The notes beneath the pieces are model-generated. The model was not told the DNA's origin, searched no databases, and saw only the letters and a program-made list of their open reading frames with translations. The translations under genes and the position numbers were made by a program. DNA of 64,000 bases from assembly GCF_009914755.1 (NCBI RefSeq), contig NC_060948.1, one strand, 5' to 3'. This document shows, one piece after another, positions 52,487-64,000 of this stretch. Position 1 is the stretch's first letter. The number at the start of each line of letters is the position of its first letter. This DNA comes from the human T2T-CHM13v2.0 reference genome, Homo sapiens.

Positions 52487-54614
52487 AGATCCATATTTTT
52501 TAAATGAAAAAAAATTTCAAAGGTACTCTGCTTGGTACAATAATCAAATGTATAAACTGAGGAATAAAACATAACCATGAAACCTACTTATAACTGCATA
52601 TGGAAAATACAGAGGATAATTTTTTAAATAACATATTTTGAAAGCCTTAACTAGTAATTTGAAGAGTTGGCATTTGAAAGGCCAGTATGAATATACCTTC
52701 AAAGCAGCAACACAGGTTCCCCATGAGAAACAGCAAACTCAGGGAAAATAAAACCACAAAGGTTCAAGCTCTTCTGACCTTTGAAAGACACAGCACAGAC
52801 AGTGGTCCTTAGGACGAAGAGCAGGAGACCCCTAATTCCGTCACCATGGCGATAGGGCATAAACATTGCTGGGTGAGGGCACAATCCACATTGTGAGGTC
52901 CAACTGCTGCCAGGAAGACAGGAGTGCTTTTACATAGACCGAAAGGTCATTGAAGGCTCAGAGTTTTGTTTCAAGAACTGAATCCCAAGCCCACACGTTA
53001 TTAGGCTGCGCTTCTTAAAACAAGTTATGAGATGGGAAAAAGGGCACCCACAAACATACGTATACATTATGTATATAATAATATACAGTATCATATATAT
53101 AATATATATAACCTATGTATAATATTGTTTTACATCCTGCATCTTATATTATATATATTGTCTAAAATATAATAATTGATAATACATAAGTTTTATATTT
53201 ATACAATATGACATATAGTATATATTATAATTTATGACATATATAATATATGTTATATATCATATATAGAATATATTATACGGTTAATATACGTATTAAA
53301 TATAAATTATACATTATATATATTATATATAATATATCTGTTATATATAATACCCATTATGCATAATATATATATTATGTCTATGTTATATATAGTATAA
53401 AACAACATATAATAATATATAATTGTATATATAAAATGCGACATATAATATATATTATATTTTATAACATATGTAATATATATTATATATTATATATAAT
53501 ACGTTGTATGTATAATACCTATATTAAATATATATTATATGACTATGTTATTAATTACATGTCACATGTGTTATATATTATATATTTTACATAGAATATA
53601 CCGGTTACATACAATATATACTATGTTACCTATTATGTATAATTTATTACATGTAAAATAAAGAATGCAATATATTATGTATAATTTATAATATACAATA
53701 TGTGGAATGAGATATATATAACATATTATATATGATATATGATATACAGTATATGATATATAACATACAATATATGATTCCTAATATATATGGTATACAA
53801 TATATATTTTATGATATGTATTCTATATGTTTTATATTCTGTTATATATAACTATTTGAAATTATATATAACTGTATAATATTTTATGTAAATATGTAAT
53901 ATAATATATATAACTATATAATATATTATATATAACTATATATTATGTTATATACACTTTTATAACATAATTTACATAAAATATCATAATATAATATATA
54001 TTATATTATTTCATATTACATAATATATATTACATATCACCCAATATAACTAACATACATAATATTATAATATAGATTATATTATGTTATATGAAATATC
54101 ATATATATCATGTATCATATATTCTATAATATATATTACACATTATAAAGTATGTATGTTGTCTATTATGTGATATATATAACTCTATATATAATTATAT
54201 TATTATACATATAACTAGATAAACATGTAATTCTACATATTTTCATTTATAATATGTAGAATTATATAATCATATATAATTATTTATATTCTATAAAAAA
54301 TTTTATCATTATATAAATTATAATATATAAAAATTATAATATGTACTACAAATATATATATTATATATCATATATGATATAGTACCTTTGTTATATATCA
54401 TAATACATATAAATGTGTATTATGTTATCTATAATTATATAATTTCATATATAAGATGTATAATATGTATCATATATTATATATGTTATGTAATATATAT
54501 AGTATATATAAGATGACACAGGATAAATATTATATACTATGACATATAAAATATATGAGGTTATATGTTACATATAAGGCATAGCACATAACATGTAATA
54601 TATACCATATATAA

Positions 54615-54906
54615 TTTTTTTTTAGACAGAATCTTGTCCTGTTGCACAGGGTGGGGTACAATGGCGCCATCTTTGCTCACTGCAACTTCTGCCTCACGGG
54701 TCCAAGCGATTGTCCTCCCTCAGCCTCCCAGGTAGCTGGGACTACACCACACTGGGACTACACCAGCTGCCACCATGCCTAGCTAATTTTTTGGATTTTT
54801 AGTAGTGACAGCGTTTCACTGTATTGGCCAGGATGGTCTTGATCTCTTCACCTTGTGATCCCCTTGCCTTGGCCTCCAAATTTGCTGGGATTACAGGCCT
54901 GAGCCA
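54615..54906 (-). mobile_element. Diverged Alu, U23 (type A)
   Basis: Returns to AGACAGAATCTTGTCCTG. Confidence 0.95.
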
Positions 54907-57034
54907 AGATCCATATTTTTTAAATGAAAAAAAATTTCAAAGGTACTCTGCTTGGTACAATAATCAAATGTATAAACTGAGGAATAAAACATAACCATGA
55001 AACCTACTTATAACTGCATATGGAAAATACAGAGGATAATTTTTTAAATAACATATTTTGAAAGCCTTAACTAGTAATTTGAAGAGTTGGCATTTGAAAG
55101 GCCAGTATGAATATACCTTCAAAGCAGCAACACAGGTTCCCCATGAGAAAAAGCAAACACAGGGAAAATAAAAACACAAAGGTTCAATCTCTTCTGACCT
55201 TTGAAAGACACAGCACAGACAGTGGTCCTTAGGACGAAGAGCAGGAGACCCCTAATTCCGTCACCATGGCGATAGGGCATAAACATTGCTGGGTGAGGGC
55301 ACAATCCACATTGTGAGGTCCAACTGCTGCCAGGAAGACAGGAGTGCTTTTACATAGACCGAAAGGTCATTGAAGGCTCAGAGTTTTGTTTCAAGAACTG
55401 AATCCCAAGCCCACACGTTATTAGGCTGCGCTTCTTAAAACAAGTTATGAGATGGGAAAAAGGGCACCCACAAACATACGTATACATTATGTATATAATA
55501 ATATACAGTATCATATATATAATATATATAACCTATGTATAATATTGTTTTACATCCTGCATCTTATGTTATATATATTGTATAAAATATAATAATTGAT
55601 AATATATAAGATTTATATTTATACAATATGACATATAGTATATATTATAATTTATGACATATATAATATATGTTATATATCATATATAGAATATATTATA
55701 CGGTTAATATACGTATTAAATATAAATTATACATTATATATATTATATATAATATATCTGTTATATATAATACCCATTATGCATAATATATATATTATGT
55801 CTATGTTATATATAGTATAAAACAACATATAATAATATATAATTGTATATATAAAATGCGACATATAATATATATTATATTTTATGACATATGTAATATA
55901 TATTATATATTATATATAATACGTTGTATGTATAATACCTATATTAAATATATATTATATGACTATGTTATTAATTACATGTCACATGTGTTATATATTA
56001 TTTATTTTACATAGAATATACTGGTTACATACAATATATACTATGTTACCTATAATGTATAATTTATTACATGTAAAATAAAGAATGCAATATATTATGT
56101 ATAATTTATAATATACCATATGTGCAATGTGATATATATAACATATAATATATGATATATGATATACAGTATATGATATATAACATACAATATATGATTC
56201 CTAATACATATGGTATACAATATATATTTTATGATATGTATTCTATATGTTTTATATTCTGTTATATATAACTATTTGAAATTATATATAAGTGTATAAT
56301 ATTTTATGTAAATATGTAATATAATATATATAACTATATAATATATTATATATACCTATATATTATGTTATATATACTTTTATAACATAATTTACATAAA
56401 ATATCATAATATAATATATATTATATTATTTCATATTACATAATATATATTACATATCACCCAATATAACTAACATACATGATATTATTATATAGATTAT
56501 ATTGTGTTATATTAAATATCATATATATCATGTATCATATATTCTATAATATATATTACACATTATATAATATGTATGTTGTCTATTATGTGATATATAT
56601 AACTATATATATAATTATATTTTTATACATATAACTAGATAAACATGTAATTCTACATATTTTCATTTATAATATGTAGAATTATATAATCATATATAAT
56701 TATTTATATTCTATAAAAAATTTTATCATTCTATAAATTATAATATATAAAAATTATAATATGTACTACAAATATATATATTATATATCATATATGATAT
56801 AGTACCTTTGTTATATATCATAATACATATAAATGTGTATTATGTTATCTATAATTATATAATTTCATATATAAGATGTATAATATGTATCATATATTAT
56901 ATATGTTATGTAATATATATAGTATATATAACATGACACAGGATAAATATTATATACTATGACATATAAAATATATGAGGTTATATGTTACATATAAGGC
57001 ATAGCACATAACATGTAATATATATCATATATAA

Positions 57035-57326
<292 letters not shown>

Positions 57327-59431
57327 AGATCCATATTTTTTAAATGAAAAAAAATTTCAAAGGTACTCTGCTTGGTACAATAATCAAATGTATAAACTGA
57401 GGAATAAAACATAACCATGAAACCTACTTATAACTGCATATGGAAAATACAGAGGATAATTTTTTAAATAACATATTTTGAAAGCCTTAACTAGTAATTT
57501 GAAGAGTTGGCATTTGAAAGGCCAGTATGAATATACCTTCAAAGCAGCAACACAGGTTCCCCGTGAGAAAAAGCAAACTCAGGGAAAATAAAAACACAAA
57601 GGTTCAATCTCTTCTGACCTTTGAAAGACACAGCACAGACAGTGGTCCTTAGGACGAAGAGCAGGAGACCCCTAATTCCGTCACCATGGCGATAGGGCAT
57701 AAACATTGCTGGGTGAGGGCACAATCCACATTGTGAGGTCCAACTGCTGCCAGGAAGACAGGAGTGCTTTTACATAGACCGAAAGGTCATTGAAGGCTCA
57801 GAGTTTTGTTTCAAGAACTGAATCCCAAGCCCACACGTTATTAGGCTGCGCTTCTTAAAACAAGTTATGAGATGGGAAAAAGGGCACCCACAAACATATG
57901 TATACATTATGTATATAATAATATACAGTGTCATATATATAATATATATAACCTATGTATAATATTGTTTTACATCCTGCATCTTATGTTATATATATTG
58001 TATAAAATATAATAATTGATAATATATAAGTTTTATAATTATACAATATGACATATAGTATATATTATAATTTATGACATATATAATATATGTTATATAT
58101 CATATATAGAATATATTCTATGGTTAATGTACGTATTAAATATAAATTATACATTATATATATTATATATAATATATCTGTTATATATAATACCCATTAT
58201 GCATAATATATATATTATGTCTATGTTATATATAGTATAAAACAACATATAATAATATATAATTGTATATATAAAATGCAACATATAATATATATTATAT
58301 TTTATAACATATGTAATATATATTATATATTATATATAATACGTTGTATGTATAATACCTATATTAAATATATATTATATGACTATGTTATTAATTACAT
58401 GTCACATGTGTTATATATTATATATTTTACGTAGAATATACCGGTTACATACAATATATACTATGTTACCTATAATGTATAATTTATTACATGTAAAATA
58501 AAGAATGCAATATATTATGTATAATTTATAATATACCATATGTGGAATGTGATATATATAACATATAATATATGATATATGATATACAGTATTTGATATA
58601 TAACATACAATATATGATTCCTAATATATATGGTATACAATATATATTTTATGATATGTATTCTATATGTTTTATATTCTGTTATATATAACTATTTGAA
58701 ATTATATATAACTGTATAATATTTTATGTAAATATGTAATATAATATATATAACTATATAATATACTATATATAACTATATATTATGTTATATATACTTT
58801 TATAACATAATTTACATAAAATATCATAATATAATATATATTATATTATTTCATATTACATAATATATATTACATATCACCCAATATAACTAACATACAT
58901 AATATTATAATATAGATTATATTGTGTTATATTAAATATCATATATATCATGTATCATATATTCTATAATATATATTACACATTATATAATATGTATGTT
59001 GTCTATTATGTGATATATATAACTCTATATATAATTATATTTTTATACATATAACTAGATAAACATGTAATTCTACATATTTTCATTTATAATATGTAGA
59101 ATTATATAATCATATATAATTATTTATATTCTATAAAAAATTTTATCATTCTGTAAATTATATTATATAAAAATTATAATATGTACTACAAATATATATA
59201 TTATATATCATATATGATATAGTACCTTTGTTATATATCATAATACATATAAATGTGTATTATGTTATCTATAATTATATAATTTCATATATAAGATGTA
59301 TAATATGTATCATATATTATATATGTTATGTAATATATATAGTATATATAAGATGACACAGGATAAATATTATATACTATGACATATAAAATATATGAGG
59401 TTATATGTTACATATAAGGCATAGCACATAA

Positions 59432-59746
<315 letters not shown>

Positions 59747-61851
59747 AGATCCATATTTTTTAAATGAAAAAAAATTTCAAAGGTACTCTGCTTGGTACAA
59801 TAATCAAATGTATAAACTGAGGAATAAAACATAACCATGAAACATACATATAACTGCATATGGAAAATACAGAGGATAATTTTTTAAATAACATATTTTG
59901 AAAGCCTTAACTAGTAATTTGAAAAGTTGGCATTTGAAAGGCCAGTATGAATATACCTTCAAAGCAGCAACACAGGTTCCCCATGAGAAAAAGCAAACAC
60001 AGGGAAAATAAAAACACAAAGGTTCAATCTCTTCTGACCTTTGAAAGACACAGCACAGACAGTGGTCCTTAGGACGAAGAGCAGGAGACCCCTAATTCCG
60101 TCACCATGGCGATAGGGCATAAACATTGCTGGGTGAGGGCACAATCCACATTGTGAGGTCCAAGTGCTGCCAGGAAGACAGGAGTGCTTTTACATAGACC
60201 GAAAGGTCATTGAAGGCTCAGAGTTTTGTTTCAAGAACTGAATCCCAAGCCCACACGTTATTAGGCTGCGCTTCTTAAAACAAGTTATGAGATGGGAAAA
60301 AGGGCACCCACAAACACACGTATACATTATGTATATAATAATATACAGTATCATATATATAATATATATAACCTATGTATAATATTGTTTTACATCCTGC
60401 ATCTTATGTTATATATATTGTATAAAATATAATAATTGATAATATATAAGTTTTATAATTATACAATATGACATATAGTATATATTATAATTTATGACAT
60501 ATATAATATATGTTATATATCATATATAGAATATATTATACGGTTAATGTACGTATTAAATATAAATTATACATTATATATATTATATATAATATATCTG
60601 TTATATATAATACCCATTATGCATAATATATATATTATGTCTATGTTATATATAGTATAAAACAACATATAATAATATATAATTGTATATATAAAATGCG
60701 ACATATAATATATATTATATTTTATAACATATGTAATATATATTATATATTATATATAATACGTTGTATGTATAATACCTATATTAAATATATATTATAT
60801 GACTATGTTATTAATTACATGTCACATGTGTTATATATTATACATTTTACATAGAATATACCGGTTACATACAATATATACTGTGTTACCTATAATGTAT
60901 AATTTATTACATGTAAAATAAAGAATGCAATATATTATGTATAATTTATAATATACCATATGTGGAATGTGATATATATAACATATAATATATGATATAT
61001 GATATACAGTATTTGATATATAACATACAATATATGATTCCTAATATATATGGTATACAATATATATTTTATGATATGTGTTCTATATGTTTTATATTCT
61101 GTTATATATAACTATTTGAAATTATATATAACTGTATAATATTTTATGTAAATATGTAATATAATATATATAACTATATAATATACTATATATAACTATA
61201 TATTATGTTATATATACTTTTATAACATAATTTACATAAAATATCATAATATAATATATATTATATTATTTCATATTACATAATATATATTACATATCAC
61301 CCAATATAACTAACATACATAATATTATAATATAGATTATATTGTGTTATATTAAATATCATATATATCATGTATCATATATTCTATAATATATATTACA
61401 CATTATATAATATGTATGTTGTCTATTATGTGATATATATAACTCTATATATAATTATATTTTTATACATATAACTAGATAAACATGTAATTCTACATAT
61501 TTTCATTTATAATATGTAGAATTATATAATCATATATAATTATTTATATTCTATAAAAAATTTTATCATTCTATAAATTATAATATATAAAAATTATAAT
61601 ATGTACTACAAATATATATATTATATATCATATATGATATAGTACCTTTGTTATATATCATAATACATATAAATGTGTATTATGTTATCTATAATTATAT
61701 AATTTCATATATAAGATGTATAATATGTATCATATATTATATATGTTATGTAATATATATAGTATATATAAGATGACACAGGATAAATATTATATACTAT
61801 GACATATAAAATATATGAGGTTATATGTTACATATAAGGCATAGCACATAA

Positions 61852-62166
<315 letters not shown>

Positions 62167-64000
62167 AGATCCATATTTTTTAAATGAAAAAAAATTTCAA
62201 AGGTACTCTGCTTGGTACAATAATCAAATGTATAAACTGAGGAATAAAACATAACCATGAAACCTACTTATAACTGCATATGGAAAATACAGAGGATAAT
62301 TTTTTAAATAACATATTTTGAAAGCCTTAACTAGTAATTTGAAGAGTTGGCATTTGAAAGGCCAGTATGAATATACCTTCAAAGCAGCAACACAGGTTCC
62401 CCATGAGAAAAAGCAAACACAGGGAAAATAAAAACACAAAGGTTCAATCTCTTCTGACCTTTGAAAGACACAGCACAGACAGTGGTCCTTAGGACGAAGA
62501 GCAGGAGACCCCTAATTCCGTCACCATGGCGATAGGGCATAAACATTGCTGGGTGAGGGCACAATCCACATTGTGAGGTCCAACTGCTGCCAGGAAGACA
62601 GGAGTGCTTTTACATAGACCGAAAGGTCATTGAAGGCTCAGAGTTTTGTTTCAAGAACTGAATCCCAAGCCCACACGTTATTAGGCTGCGCTTCTTAAAA
62701 CAAGTTATGAGATGGGAAAAAGGGCACCCACAAACATACGTATACATTATGTATATAATAATATACAGTATCATATATATAATATATATAACCTATGTAT
62801 AATATTGTTTTACATCCTGCATCTTATGTTATATATATTGTATAAAATATAATAATTGATAATATATAAGATTTATATTTATACAATATGACATATAGTA
62901 TATATTATAATTTATGACATATATAATATATGTTATATATCATATATAGAATATATTATACGGTTAATATACGTATTAAATATAAATTATACATTATATA
63001 TATTATATATAATATATCTGTTATATATAATACCCATTATGCATAATATATATATTATGTCTATGTTATATATAGTATAAAACAACATATAATAATATAT
63101 AATTGTATATATAAAATGCGACATATAATATATATTATATTTTATGACATATGTAATATATATTATATATTATATATAATACGTTGTATGTATAATACCT
63201 ATATTAAATATATATTATATGACTATGTTATTAATTACATGTCACATGTGTTATATATTATTTATTTTACATAGAATATACTGGTTACATACAATATATA
63301 CTATGTTACCTATAATGTATAATTTATTACATGTAAAATAAAGAATGCAATATATTATGTATAATTTATAATATACCATATGTGCAATGTGATATATATA
63401 ACATATAATATATGATATATGATATACAGTATATGATATATAACATACAATATATGATTCCTAATACATATGGTATACAATATATATTTTATGATATGTA
63501 TTCTATATGTTTTATATTCTGTTATATATAACTATTTGAAATTATATATAAGTGTATAATATTTTATGTAAATATGTAATATAATATATATAACTATATA
63601 ATATATTATATATACCTATATATTATGTTATATATACTTTTATAACATAATTTACATAAAATATCATAATATAATATATATTATATTATTTCATATTACA
63701 TAATATATATTACATATCACCCAATATAACTAACATACATGATATTATTATATAGATTATATTGTGTTATATTAAATATCATATATATCATGTATCATAT
63801 ATTCTATAATATATATTACACATTATATAATATGTATGTTGTCTATTATGTGATATATATAACTATATATATAATTATATTTTTATACATATAACTAGAT
63901 AAACATGTAATTCTACATATTTTCATTTATAATATGTAGAATTATATAATCATATATAATTATTTATATTCTATAAAAAATTTTATCATTCTATAAATTA

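Overview
The whole 64-kb window is one uninterrupted head-to-tail tandem array of a ~2.42-kb primate satellite unit (~26.4 copies, unit length 2412-2420 bp, no inversion). Each unit has three parts: (i) ~1.55 kb of very AT-rich, degenerate (TA)n-like sequence; (ii) a diverged, 5'-truncated, minus-strand Alu of 292 bp with a 16-bp internal duplication; (iii) ~570 bp of complex 'HSATI' sequence. This architecture, the unit size and a predicted 2146-bp HaeIII fragment identify it as human satellite 1B (HSat1B/DYZ2). The most likely source is Yq12 heterochromatin, but an acrocentric short-arm HSat1B array cannot be excluded by eye. I find no genuine genes; the ORF track is spurious repeat-derived frames. 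I find no evidence of a new gene-encoded system. The noteworthy signal is internal structure. A second unit subfamily occupies ~31.0-53.2 kb and contains an alternating dimer, a nested 4-unit (9668-bp) duplication and a chimeric unit. A 3-unit (7260-bp) duplication lies at the right end. One SNP switches between the two copies of the 16-bp repeat, and CpG decay recurs. Every unit also carries a cluster of TTTGAA/TCF-LEF motifs and two perfect NBRE motifs; any function for these is hypothesis only. Units are numbered U1-U26 by their Alu. Variant calls were read by eye and need an alignment to confirm.
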